Origin: the human T2T-CHM13v2.0 reference genome, Homo sapiens
Assembly: GCF_009914755.1 (NCBI RefSeq)
Contig: NC_060926.1
Length of the DNA: 64,000 bases
Strand: one strand, 5' to 3'
Part shown: piece by piece, positions 47,682 through 63,170 of the stretch
Numbering within the stretch: the stretch's first letter is position 1
Layout of the letters: each line of letters opens with the position of its first letter
The notes under the pieces: model-generated
Databases searched by the model: none
What the model was told of the DNA's origin: nothing
The model's input: the letters and a program-made list of their open reading frames with translations, nothing else
Program-made: the position numbers and the translations under genes

Positions 47682-47942
47682 CTGCTCCAGCAAATTAACT
47701 GAACCCAAAATGAGGGTCATGGGAATCCCTCAGTTAGAAGTATAGGTAACAATCTATTACTTGCGATTGGCATCTGAAACTGGGGGAGAGGTGCTGACTG
47801 AGCCCTCAACATGTGGGATCTGATCCTGTCTTCAAGTAGCTAGTGTCAGAATTGAGTAAAATTATAGGATACCCAGTTTGCACCTGCTGGAGGATTGTTT
47901 GGTGTGTGGAAAAAACCCTCTACACTTAAGAAGTATTGTGTT

Positions 47943-48465
<523 letters not shown>

Positions 48466-48834
48466 TCATAAGATAACTCTATACTTAACCTTTTCAGAAA
48501 CTGCCAAACTTTTCCATGGTAGTTGCACCATTTTACATTCCTACCAGCAGTGTATGAGGATTCCAATTTCCCCATATTCTTGCCAAAAATTATCTGTCTT
48601 TTTTATTATAGCCATCCTAGTGGGTGTAAAGTGGCATGTCATTGTGGTTTTGAATTGCATTTCCTCCTGGTGACTAATGATACGGAGCACTTTTTTTTAT
48701 GTGATTATTGGCCACTGGTATGTCTTCTTTGGACAAATGTCTATTCCTATCCATTGCCTATTTTTGAAACGTCTTTTCTACTGAGTCTAAAAGTTCTTTA
48801 TATATCCTAGACACAAGTCCCTTATCAGATATAA

Positions 48835-49194
<360 letters not shown>

Positions 49195-49935
49195 TGAAGC
49201 ACAGAAGTTTTTAATTTTGATGAGCTCCAAATTATTCATTTTTTTCTTTGGTTACTTGTGCTTCAGTGCCATATCTTAAGATCAACTTTAAACAAGCTTT
49301 TTTCAGCTTGTATTGTCAGTTGTAGGCATTGATTCTTTTCCACTTTAGCAGCAGGGCCTCTCCTTACCCTGACTCACTCACTTATGGAGACATGGCAGAC
49401 CACACAGCCCACAGGCAATGCAAGACATGAATGGATTTGCACACCCCACTGAGTCCTGCTGTGCTCTGATTATCACTTTGATTATTACTGAACACTGCAA
49501 AGTCTAGATAAGGCTTTTAAGCTTCTGGAGCCTTTCAGAATTGTTAATTAATCCTTAAAATAGCTTTGAAGGCTGATTTCCCCCCTGATTCTAAGAAGAT
49601 AATTAAGAAGCTATTGCCAAGACAAATAACTTTTTTCGGAGGAACTCTAACCTCTGAAATTTTCAAACTTTGACTACTAAGGAGGAAGGAGACAGAAACT
49701 GGGCAAAGCGTGACAAAGAGCAGTCAAGGCACAGCAAGTGAGTGGCGACCGAAGCTCAGTATGTTTATATCCTCACTCGCCTGTTACTATCATCACCTCC
49801 TCACATGGTTTCTACTCACCACCACGCCCCTGTGACTACCCACCACACTGAAGCCAGAAGGACCATATTTAAAAATCTGGTTATACCAATTGGTTCATCA
49901 ATACCCGCAAGATTTTTTAGAAATTAGATATTTTC

Positions 49936-50278
<343 letters not shown>

Positions 50279-50796
50279 TTATCTGCTACAATTATCTCCC
50301 ATGTTTCACACACTCAAGCCTCATCAACTTTCTCCAGGTTTACTAAAACCACTGCACTACTAGAAACTCCTTTGCTCTGGAAGGTACCTTCCTTCTGCTG
50401 CTCACATGGGAAGACCTAGACATGCCACCCCCTAGTGACGTCTTCCCAGCTTTGCTAGGCAATTAATAGACTCTACCTGTGTGTGATGCCCTTGGCATTT
50501 TCTTCATAGTTCTATTATTATTATAACCCAGATGGCAACTGGAATCATGCTGCTCTTTATGCTCCAGTTACCACTGCTTGCACCACAACTCCACATCCTG
50601 TGGAAAATTTAGTACCCATTCAGGATGTCTGAAATCCCTAGACAATAAGGCGAGAATGGTGATTATCCTATGGATACTGTTACCTCCAACTTTCTGCCCT
50701 CATTGACTTCTTGTTCTCTGCTATGTGTCTTGTGACTATCCCTTACTTTTACAAACATAGACCTCAACTCCTTATGCTGATTTCCACTGAAAGCTC

Positions 50797-51288
50797 TGAT
50801 AGCAAGCCTCTAAGATGGCCCCCAAAGATCTCCACCTCCCAGTATTCCTAGTCATGTACAATCCTCTTCTCATGAGTAACCAACAGAATACGGCAACATT
50901 GAGGGATGTCACTCCCCTAATCAATACAAAAGATAGTGATTGTCATCTTGTTATTAATAGCAGACTCTCTCTCACTGGCTGGAGGTCCATGTATTAATAG
51001 TAAGGAACTTAGGGTGGTCTCCTGTCAACAGCCAGCAAGGAACCGAGACCCTCAGTCCAACACACCTTAAGGAACTGAATGCTGTCAAAATCCATGCAAA
51101 TGAGCTGAGAAGCAGATCCTTCCCACAAATCCTCAGATGAGACCCCAGGTCTAGCTGACACCCTCATTGCAGCCTTGTGACTACAGGTGATACAGAAGAC
51201 ACAGCTGAGCCATGCTTAGATTCCTAAGCCACAAAAATTAGGAGAAAACAAATGTGTGTTATTCATGCAACAATAATTAAGGAATACA
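50797..51288 (+). mobile_element. MLT1F-like LTR
   Basis: gcctctaagatggcccccaaagatctccacctcc...aaggaactgaatgctg...cctcagatgagaccc...aataca. Confidence 0.75.
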
Positions 51289-51728
51289 AAAACCTAAAAA
51301 TAAACAAACTGCCCCTTCACTTGTGACTTCTGTGTATACAGAAGACTTTATTCATGGGCTAGGGAGACAGGGAGGCTTTACATTACAAAAATCCTAAAAG
51401 CACAAAACTGAATACCGGACATTTAGTCTGTAAGAATCCTTTGGCCACTAGATTGTATTACTCAGTCTCTCCCTCTCACTCCCCTTCTATTCCATGACAC
51501 CCATTTCAGGTTTTAAAATATGTATATACATACACACATGCACACACAGAGGCATATGCACACGCACAGATCTTCAGCAGAGACTTTGAATTGAACTGAC
51601 CCCTGAAAAGTCCTAATGAGGTACACTGACAAAGTCCCATTCTTCTCTCTAGTCTCTGCCTATGGCAGGCAGAGGGAAGGAAACTTATTTTTCCAAGGAC
51701 ATACTATAATACAACTTACCATGATGTT

Positions 51729-54005
51729 TGATATGGTTTGGCTGTGTCCCCACCCAAATCTCATCTTGAATCGTAATCTGCATAATCCCCATGTGTCATG
51801 GGAGGGAGCTGGTAGGAGGTGATTAGATCATGGAGGCAGTTTCCTTCATGCTATTCTCATGATAATAAGTGAGTTCTCACAAGGTCTGATGGTTTTATAA
51901 AGGGCTCTTCCCACTTTGCTCCTCACTCTTCTCTCTCCTGCCACCATGTAAAAAAGGTCCTCACTTTCCCTTTGCCTTCCTCCATGACTGTAAAGTTTCC
52001 TGAGGCCTCCTCAGCCATGCAGAACTGTGAGTCAATTAAACCTCTATCCTTTATAAATTACCCAGTCTCAAGTATTTCTTCACAGCAGTATGAAAACAGA
52101 CTAATACAGTAAATTGGTACCGCAAAGAGGGGGGTACTGCTATAAAGACACCCAAAAATGTGGAAACAACTTTGGAACTGGGTAATGGGCAGAGGTTGGA
52201 ATAGTTTGGAGGGCTCCGAAGAAGACAGGAAGATGTGGAAAGATTTGAAACTTCCTAGAAACTTGTTGAATGGTTTTGACAAAATGCTGATAGTGATATG
52301 GGCAGTGAAGTATAGGCTGAGGTGGTCTCACATGAAGATGAAGAATTTATTGGGAGCTAGAGCAAAGGTAACTCTTGCTGTGCTTTAGCAAAGAGACTGG
52401 CAGCATTTTGCCCCTGTCCTAGAGATCTGTGGAACTTTGAACTTGAGAGAGATAATCTGAAATTGGAACTTATGTTTAAAAGGGAAGCAGAGCATAAAAG
52501 TTTGGAAAATTTGCAGCCTGATGATGTGGTAGAGAAGAAAAACCCATTTTCTGGGGAGAAATTCAAGCTGGATGCAGAAATTGGCATAAGTAACCAGGAG
52601 TCCAGTGTTAATATCAACAGAATGTGGAAAATGTCTCCAGGGTATGTCAGAGACCTTCACAGTGGCCCCTCCCATCACAGGCCCAGAGGCCTAGGAGGGA
52701 AAAATGGTTTCATGGGCTGTGCCCAGGATCCCCCCTGCTGTATGTAGCCTCTTGGTGCCTTTTGTCCCAGTCACTCTAGCTGTGGCTAAAAGGGGTGAAG
52801 GTACAGCTTGGGCCATTGCTTCAGAGGGTGCAAGTCCCAAGCCTTGGCAGCTTCCATGTGGTGTTTGTCCTGTGGCTGTGCAGAAGACAGGAACTGAGGT
52901 TTGGAAACTTCTGCCTGGATTTCAGAGGATGTGTGGAAATGCCTGGATGTCCAGGCACTTGTGTGCTGCAGGAGTGGAGCCCTCATGGAGAACCTCTGCT
53001 AGGACAGTGCAGAAGGGAAATGTGGGGTTGGAGTCCCCACACAGAGTCCTCCACTGGGGCACTGCATAGTGGAGCTGTGAGAAGAGGACCACCATTCTCC
53101 AGACCCCAGAATGACAGATCCACTGACAGCCTGCACTGTGTGTGTGCCTGGAAAAGCTGCAGACCCTCAACGGCAGCCGTGAAAGCAGCCAGGGTGGGAG
53201 CAGGGGCTGTACCCTGCAAAGCCACAGGGGTAGAGCTGCCCAAGACTGTGGGAGCCCACCTCTTGCAATAATATCACCTGGATGTGAAACATGAAGTCAA
53301 AGGAGATCATTTTGGAGCTTCAAGATTTAATGACTGCCCTGTGGGATTTTGGATTTGCATGGGGCTTGTAGCCCCTGTTTTGGCCAATTTCTCCCATTTG
53401 AAATGGCAACATTTATCCAACGCCTGTATCCACATTGTATCTTGGAAGGAACTAACTTGCTTTTGATTTTACAGGCTCATAGGCAGAAGGGACTTGCATT
53501 GTCTCAGATGAGACTGGACTTTGGACTTTTGGGTTAATACTGAAATGAATTAAGGCTTTGGGGGACTGTTGGAAAGGCATGATTTGTGTTTTGCAATGTG
53601 AGGACATGAAATTTGGGAGAGGCCAGGGGCAGAATGATATGGTTTGGCTCTGTGTCTCTACCCAAATCTCATTTTGAATTGCAATCCACACATGTCTAGG
53701 GAGTGACAAGGAGGGAGGTGATTGGATCTTGGGGGTGGTTCCCCCATGCTGTTCTCATGATAGTGAGTGAGTTCTCACCAGATCTGATGGTTTTATAAGG
53801 GGCTCTTCCCTCTTCACTCCTCACTCTTTTCTCTCCTGCCACCATGTGAAGAAGGTCCTCACTTCCCCTTCACCTTCTGCCATGTTTGTAAGTTTCCTGA
53901 GGCCTCCCAAGACATGTGGAACTGTGAGTCAATTAAACCTCTTTCCTTTATAAATTACCCAGTCTTGGGTGTTTCTTTATAGCAGTGTGAAAATGGACTA
54001 ATACA
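51729..54005 (+). mobile_element. Complete THE1D MaLR element (LTR 51729-52108, internal 52109-53634, LTR 53635-54005)
   Basis: Two tgatatggtttggct...actaataca LTRs; THE1-int start gtaaattggtacc; polypurine tract before the 3' LTR; perfect TSD ATGTT. Confidence 0.93.
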
Positions 54006-54469
54006 ATGTTATATAATTAATTGCTTACACATCTATCTCCCACACTAGACTGTTTTTCAAGGAAAATGACTTGAGTTTTATTCATCTTTATAGCCTTTGG
54101 TGTGTAGTAAAAAGTTAATCAACAGTTGGGATTCAGTAAAGGTTTGCTGAATGTTGATTCATTTCATACCATTACATTAAAAGATTTAAAATTATTAATG
54201 CATTATTAATTCACAGGAGAACCACTGCTGAGCTACAAGTAAAACTATGCTATAATGAGGTCTTCAGATTTTTTAAATTAAGCATACCTCCTTTGAATAG
54301 GTTCAAGGAAAACTACTGCTCTGATAAATCCAATGTTATAGCATGCTATGAGGCTCAAAATGTATCAAGGACTGTAAAAAAGCATACAATCTACATTATT
54401 AGCTATTCCACAACTCATGTCAAGGGGTGAGGGAGCAGTGTACATTAGATTTTCAACTTAGAAAACAAC

Positions 54470-54870
54470 TGCCCAGGAACTCCAACTCTATACATTTATC
54501 ATAAGAAAATAAAACATCAGCATCAAGAAAATATAAGATATTGGAAAACCAAATCTCCAGCAACAGGGGCAAGTTAAATACATCACGGTACATCTACACA
54601 TCAGATTAACAGTGATGAACTAGATCTTATTAACTGGAAAAGATGTCTACAATACAGTCTTATATGAAAATATCAAATAACAAAACAATACATAAATTTT
54701 TGTAAAAAAAAGCATTGTCTATATCTATGTGTGCATATACACAGAAAATATGAAAAGATGTAACAAAATGTTAATATATAGCAGTTGCCATATTATAGGT
54801 GATCTTTATACTTTTCTGTGTTTCACAGATGTTTTGCAATGAACATATATTTCTTTTTAATCAAAAATAT
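54470..54870 (+). mobile_element. Old L1ME-like fragment
   Basis: Degenerate ttggaaaaccaaa...gttaaata...ggtacatc...tggaaaagatgtctacaatac. Confidence 0.5.
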
Positions 54871-54878
54871 TTAAAACT

Positions 54879-55179
<301 letters not shown>

Positions 55180-55543
55180 TTAGTTTTTAAAAATATCTGA
55201 AATTTTTAAAATAGAGAAAAGAGGTAATTAGTATTGTCCAAATTTAGCAAATGATTACTAATTGAATATTTACTATAGTAACATCTAGACTGCAAAAATA
55301 ACTCATGTAATCTATCACATTTTACTTTTAAAAACAGCTTTAAGTAAGTAGGCTTATTTGAGCCTCCCAAAACTTTGTGAAGTAAAAAGAGCATATTACA
55401 TCAATTTCATAGATCTTAAATGACTTGCTCAAGTCATAAACCATGTAAATTCAAAAATCCAAATCTAGCCACTGTGATTTCTGCTTCTCAAAGCAAAAAA
55501 AAAAAAAAAGTTATGAATGTTTCCAGATATGACTGTCATCTCA

Positions 55544-55990
<447 letters not shown>

Positions 55991-57149
55991 CTATGTACCT
56001 TATTGTGAAAATTTCCCCTAATTTTTGGTTAACTACTCATTAATTCAGTGAATAAACACATGCTAATACATGGAATTCCTAATGCATTACAACAGATAGA
56101 AAAAAAAACTAGCTAGAGAGTTTAGGAAAAACAGTATTCAGGCAGCAAAGACTGTGAACATCCCCTCAGCCAGAGGCCAGTCCAGTCACACCACTGAGTT
56201 GACACCGCCATTGAGTTGAGACCAACACTTCACTGACCACTCTTCTAAATCATTTTATTTCATTTTTGATCCAGTCTCTCTATGTACTGTGTCAGTTGCA
56301 TAAGGATAGTTGCTTTAAACCACCAGAACAAAGAAATTTCCAGAAAAACAGCACTTCTGACAGATACATGCATTCCTAAAGCAAGCCAAGGGGGTACATA
56401 CACAGAATGGGCAAGATCTCTGTGGCTAAGCCAAACTGGAAACCACCTAGACCTAATCACCTCCCCATCTCAATAGTGGAAGCAGCTCTTCACGGAGCAC
56501 TGAACGTGGAACGGCTCTCTTTCCACCAGCTTTGGAGCAGCTCCTGGCCTCTCCCATCATGGCAAGACAGAGCCTTTGCCAATGACAGACGGGAAGCATT
56601 TGGCAGAGGACACGGGAGGAGAGGGAACTTCCTTAAAGTCTGGCTTTGCACAGACCTGTGTAATGCCAAATTAGGAAGGAAACAGAGCAGAAGACAAGAC
56701 ATGAGGTGTGAACTGTGAGCAATTTTAGACAGAAAGGCTAGCACTTCTCTGAAATTAGCATATCAACTTTTGGACAAGAAAATGCCCCTTGGGACTCAGA
56801 TTAGCTTTAGGGTGTGGGCCAGACATCCACGCAGAGGAGGATCAGCAGATGAGTCAGAAGCATCCAGATGGACTTGGACAGAGACAATTCCCTCAGCTGC
56901 TCCATACTAAGGAATTCACTAACCTCTTAGGGAGAAGGGATTAGATTCCATTCCAGACATATCGCAATGTCACTGGGAGTTTATTGCACATATATTGGTA
57001 ATCAGTTAACTGTTCAGTGAACTGTACATAGATGATTCTACAGTGTAAATTTAGTTATTCTCAACCAGTTTAGATAGCCTCTAACAGTTCCAAATCTGTT
57101 CAAAATCATTACAAAATACCCAATTATAGGAATTGGTAAATTAAAGATA

Positions 57150-57340
57150 ACAGCCAACACATACTAAATGCTTACTATGTGCCAAGCAATGTTATTAGCC
57201 TGTTATTTTACATCTATTCATTTATTAGCTCCATTATGCAGATAAAGAAACTGAGGCAGAGAGTGATTAATGTGCCCAGGGTCCCACAGTTAGAAAACAG
57301 CAGAGTCAGAACCTGAACCCAGGCAATCTTGCTCTAGAGG
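57150..57340 (-). mobile_element. MIR SINE
   Basis: tgcttactatgtgcca...cagataaagaaactgaggcagagag...tgcccagggtcccacag. Confidence 0.8.
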
Positions 57341-57519
57341 CTGTTTGGAAAATCACACTGCACCAAGCCAGCTCCAGCCTGTGCATGCAATCAAGCTCCT
57401 GGGGTTCTCAGCAAATAAACCAGGTAAACAGCACTCCTCACAGATTGAGGTTTGAAGAGTTTTCTGCATATTACATAATTTCAAGAAGCCTGTGTTAATA
57501 TTAACACTTGCAAAATTTA

Positions 57520-57849
57520 GACCAAAGCAAACAACTTAAATTCTACAGAAGACACATAAGTAATATAAGTGAGTGAAGCACACTGGCTGTGAGGCGGGGG
57601 GCAGGGTTAATGAGGACCAAGAGGGCAGATGCCTACCTAAAAGAGGCAGCCACCCATCAGCTCCGAATGTCTTCCTAGAAGAATGAAAAGCCAGTTTTGC
57701 CATTCCTCACAATTTTTCCAGAAAAGTTGAAAATTCAGACTCGTGTACAAAATCCCCCAACTTTCAAATCTTGGCAGTCATTCAAAATTATTTTTTTCTG
57801 AATGATGAGCCAAACAAAACCTATCTGCCAACACAGGCTGACACCCCTG
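57520..57849 (+). mobile_element. MER102-like hAT-Charlie element
   Basis: gagtgaagc...ctaaaagaggcagccac...cagctcc...ttggca...gccaaacaaaac. Confidence 0.65.
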
Positions 57850-57991
57850 TTCTAAATTCATTGTAATTCTCAGCAGACAATGTAATAACAGTCTTGTGAA
57901 TGATAGAGTACTGGAAATTAACAGAAGTTCTGAAATGTTAGGAAGACAGTCTTCAATATATAACTACACACAGAGGTTAGTTTAGGTCTAG

Positions 57992-58576
<585 letters not shown>

Positions 58577-58990
58577 TCAAATAATAAATACAGGTAAGAA
58601 AGAAAACAGACTTTTTCATAATTATCACCTAAGACAGTTACCCAAAAACTGGTATCAAAATATATCCGGGCAAAGAAACTAGACCATAAAATCTAAGAAA
58701 TTCTGTCTAGATTGTCATAAAATCCAAGAAATCCTCTCCACCTGTCATAGAGAGAAACTAGACCCCCAATATTAAATCCAGAGAAGCTTGACCCTTGAGT
58801 TCACAATCAGCTGCTACACAGCAGCGCTCCTATGAAACTTCAAGACCAGCAGAAGGAATGGCTCTTTAGGGCAAGGACTGATTCTTATTCACCTTTCCAT
58901 GCATACTCTTGCTTGTGTGGTAAATGTGATTTACTTGCATGTCTGTCCCCCAACCCAAACCCAGAATAGTTCCAACTTTAAGAGAAGTTA

Positions 58991-59268
58991 GCACTTTGGG
59001 AGACCGAGGTGGGCAGATCATTTGAGGTCAGGAGTTCGATACCAGCCTAGCTAACATGGTGAAACCCTGTCTCTACTAACAATACCAAAAATTAGCTGGG
59101 TGTGGTGATGCACGCCTATAATCCCAACTACTCGGGAGGCTGAGGCAGGAGAATCACTTGAACCCGGAGCCAGAGGTTGCAGTGAGCCAAGATTGTGCCA
59201 CTGCACTCCAACCTGGGTGGCAGAGCAAGACTCCATCTCAAAAGAAAAAAAAAAAAAAGAGAGAGAGA
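58991..59268 (+). mobile_element. 5'-truncated AluS
   Basis: TSD agagaagtta. Confidence 0.93.
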
Positions 59269-59616
59269 GAAGTTACATGCTTTTTCCCCAGGGAACTTCA
59301 CTTAGGGCTTGGTTAGATCTGCTAAAGTCACATGGATCACCCCCGCCCACTGAAGTATGAGGGAAAGAAAGAGTGCTGGGAAGAAAAGGTTTTAGCAATG
59401 TGCTACTTTGACTAGGTCTTGAAGGACTTCACACAGGACAAATTCAGGCTCTTGGCTATAGTGTTTAACTTTCCTACATTCTACTTGGAAAGTAACAGCA
59501 AGCAGAAATTTACTTACATCATTGATTCTCTCTCTTCTACACTCTCCACTTGTCCTTTCCTCAGGTTGTCCTATATGTCCTCACATTAAGCCTAAAATCT
59601 TTATGTAAGGGGGTAA

Positions 59617-59764
59617 TTTTTTTAAGATGGGTTGTCACTCTGTTGCTCAGGCTGGAATGCACTGGTGCAATCACTGCAACCTCCAATTCCTGGGCTTAAA
59701 CGATCCTCCTGTCTCAGACTCCCAAGTAGCTGGGACTACAGATGTTTGCTACCACATCTGGCCT
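59617..59764 (-). mobile_element. Alu right-arm monomer (FRAM/J-like)
   Basis: TSD taagggggta. Confidence 0.85.
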
Positions 59765-60156
59765 AAGGGGGTATAATATTTTTAAAGTAACACTATTCTT
59801 GGTTACAAAAGTTAAATATATTTATATCAGAAATAATAGAAAACAAAGAAGAAAAGTGGATACATTTAGTGAGCACAATAAATGAATGCATCTTAAATCA
59901 ATCAAGTGGAATAAAGCCTATACAGGAAGCCCTTCAAGTACTTCGCAACCTCTCAGCCCCACATCTTACTCCAGCCTCTGCTGACGTGGCCACGTACATG
60001 CAGGCTCAACCAGATTCAAACAGGTATAATCAGACAGCACCTTGCCTCTGCCTCCCTCTCCCCCTTCCACATACCTTTCACCTCCTGCTCCAGAGCTTTC
60101 AAATGCCAACTAAGGCTTAGGAGCAGCTCCACACTCATGCATTTGCAACCCAGAAG

Positions 60157-60796
60157 AAAAACAAACAACCCCATCAAAAAGTGGGCAAAGGACATGAACA
60201 GACACTTCTCAAAAGAAGACATTTATGCAGCCAAAAAACACATGAAAAAATGCTCACTATCACTGGCCATCAGAGAAATGCAAATCAAAACCACAATGAG
60301 ATACCATTTCACACCAGTTAGAATGGCAATCATTAAAAAGTCAGGAAACAACAGGTGCTGGAGAGGATGTGGAGAAATAGGAACACTTTTACACTGTTGG
60401 TGGGACTGTAAACTAGTTCAACCATTGTGGAAGTCAGTGTGGCGATTCCTCAGGGATCTAGAACTAGAAATACCATTTGACCTAGCCATCCCATTACTGG
60501 GTATATACCCAAAGGACTATAAATCATGCCGCTATAAAGACACATGCACACGTATGTTTATTGTGGCATTATTCGCAATAGCAAAGACTTGGAACCAACC
60601 CAAATGTCCAACAATGATAGACTGGATTAAGAAAATGTGGCACATATACACCATGGAATACTATGCAGCCATAAAAAATGATGAGTTCATGTCCTTTGTA
60701 GGGACATGGATGAAATTGGAAATCATCATTCTCAGTAAACTACCGCAAGAACAAAAAACCAAACACCGCATATTCTCACTCATAGGTGGGAATTGA
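60157..60796 (+). pseudogene. L1 ORF2p C-terminal remnant with open frame (CCHC region)
   Basis: Translation [22 protein letters not shown]...[18 protein letters not shown]...FSLIGGN matches the L1 ORF2p C terminus. Confidence 0.9.
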
Positions 60797-61028
60797 ACAA
60801 TGAGAACACATGGACACAGGAAGGGGAACATCACACTCTGGGGACTGTTTTGGGGTGGGGGGAGGGGGGAGGGATAGCACTGGGAGATATACCTAATGCT
60901 AGATGACGAGTTAGTGGGTGCAGCGCACCAGCATGGCACATGTATACATATGTAACTAACCTGCACATTGTGCACATGTACCCTAAAACTTAAAGTATAA
61001 TAATAAATAAATTAATTAATTAAAAAAA
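60157..61028 (+). mobile_element. L1PA2-like 5'-truncated LINE-1
   Basis: ORF2 end plus 3' UTR with gctagatgacGAGttagtggg (not the L1HS ACA/ACG); short TSD AGAAG. Confidence 0.92.
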
Positions 61029-61215
61029 AGAAGTGCAGGGGAGTAAATGCCTGTGGGCCACTCTTGGCCAATGGGGACAGAAGCAAATGGACACATGCTT
61101 CTGCATGTCAGCCCCAAGGCAGACAGTTCTGAGATATATTTTATATGGCTCCTCAAAAGTGCCTGAGATCAAGTACCCAGTATTCTCAGCAGTGGTCAGT
61201 TTGATAATGTATTCT

Positions 61216-61367
61216 TTTTTGTTTTTTATAGAGATGTGTGTGTGTGTGGGGGGGGGTGCCTCTCACTGTGTTGCCCAGGCTGGTCTTGAACTCCTGGACT
61301 CAAGCAATCCTCCCACCTCAGCTTCCCAAAGTGCTGAGATTACAGGTATGAGCCAATGTGCCCAGCC
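61216..61367 (-). mobile_element. FLAM_C-like monomer with (TG)n/G run
   Basis: TSD tgataatgtattct. Confidence 0.85.
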
Positions 61368-61515
61368 TGATAATGTATTCTTGTACTGGCTTTTTCTCCT
61401 TCCCTTTTCTCTTCCTAGGTCCTTTACTCCAATTGGGATCTCATCCCAAATAAACTACCTGAATGCAAGCAATTATCTCAGGATCTGTTTTTGCAGGGAC
61501 TTGAGCTATAAAGGC

Positions 61516-62745
61516 AAGTGGCCTTAGAAAGCAGCCCCTCTGGATCATGGAGCTAGATCACCCGCCCTATTGCTGGTGGTAAGTAGGATAGCAATCATCG
61601 CAGGCATACAGTAGCATCACATCTACTAAAACTCTTACCTGTGGTGAACTGGGATGAGGTACATATGGAAAGGGAAATAATGAATTAAGTGGTAGTTGTG
61701 GTACTTGAATGACATAGGGTCAATGGTAATTATAAGAATCATGGAGTTGTATGGCTTTTATTAACTGCTTTGGAAGCCTTGAAGAGGTAATATTAAAATT
61801 ATATGTTTAGGTGCATTAACTATCAACTCAAAGAGGATTGTGAAAGGCCTCCTTGACAGTGTTTAGGTTGACTCATTGCCTGCAGCCATGGGGCTGAAAA
61901 TCAGGCTCAGGAACTAACTATAAAGCTGAAAGACCTGCAAAGGAAAATGAAGGCACAGTCTCAGTACGTCTCTCATGTCAAAGTCAGAGCCCTCATAGGA
62001 AAAGAGAGGATTCCAAGACCTGGAATCAGGGCATCTGGGCAGACATCTGAGAATCTTTAATCCTCAGGTTCCTTTGAATTCTCCAAACCATTAGCAACTC
62101 TCCCTTCCTCTTGCTAGAGGAGAGCAATATCCCCTTGCCTAGAGACCCTGCAAAGTCTTCACATGAGGTAGCTGCCTAACAAGGAAATTTTTGTCCTTTT
62201 TAAGATCTGCTGCCAGTTAATCTCTTTGCCTCTGAGCCAGTAACTACAGTCAGGTCCCGGCACAGCCCAAGCAGGGAAATATAGTTCCTGCTGCAGAAGT
62301 AAACTGCTTATTCATCAAAGGAATATGTATCAGTGGGAACCAGAGGAAGATCATCGGGAGTGGTTTTAGACCAGGGGCTACAAAATGCTAAGTTGGATAA
62401 AGAATAATTTATTGATATGGGGGTACTCTTCCATGACTCTGGGTTCAAACTCCTGACAAGGACACCTGAAACCAGTCCTAACACCCAGATGGAATGGCTC
62501 CAAGAAGCCTGGATAGGAAGATGGTTTCCTGTTAATGAGGTGGAGATGCTGGATCTGAGGAGGTGATTAGAAGGGTCAGGGTGGTAAGATCATTAGTATA
62601 GATTTATTATATGAGACCGAAGAATCCACACCTATGTTTTCTGGAAGGATAGAAAGGAGAATTCTCCTTTCACAGAGGCTATAAAAAAGTGAACTGATGA
62701 AAGAGATGTTGATATCTTTGAGATGCACAGTTGGTCCCTTTGGGA
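61516..62745 (+). mobile_element. ERV3-16A3-like internal (gag region) remnant
   Basis: Follows the LTR16; degenerate ERVL gag-like tracts (aaagtcagagccctcataggaaa...gaatttattgatatggggg); no open frame. Confidence 0.6.
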
Positions 62746-62749
62746 ACCA

Positions 62750-63170
62750 TGTCATGTCCTCTAGGCCCTACCCCTCTAGCCACTGGCAATAATCAGGCCC
62801 ACATAGGCTTTGACCAGCTTCACACTGAGGCGGTGACCTTTGGCTTTCTGGCCACAAAGAGGTGCCGGATGCTTGGCACTCACGCATGTGCAACTAGGTA
62901 GTATGAGGGAGCTAACCCCTGTGAGGCTACTCTCAGTCAATGGGGAACAGATGCCGGTGAATAAATGCTTCCCCCTACCGCTGTCCAGGGTGGACATTTC
63001 TGATCCACATTTCATGGGGCTTCACAGAGAGGCATGGTATCACCAATCACTAATTGCTCCCAGCACTGGCCAACTTGTTAATATATTCTGATATTAGTTC
63101 TTCACCCGCTCCAATCCCACTCCATGGAATCAATTCCCAAATAAATACCTGCATACATGCTATCACAGAA
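62750..63170 (+). mobile_element. Second LTR16-family LTR
   Basis: gagggagctaacccc...caatggggaacagatgccggtgaataaatgctt...ttcccaaataaatacctgca. Confidence 0.62.

Larger units (their letters stand above)
59930..61515 (+). mobile_element. LTR16-family ERVL LTR split by L1PA2 and FLAM
   Basis: Rejoined gcaacccagaagtgcaggggagt...ccaatggggacag; cccaaataaactacctg...ctcaggatctg. Confidence 0.72.

Noticed and set aside
52058-53709. Dense overlapping ORFs on both strands
   Set aside because: They lie in the THE1 internal region and are fragments of a decayed MaLR sequence
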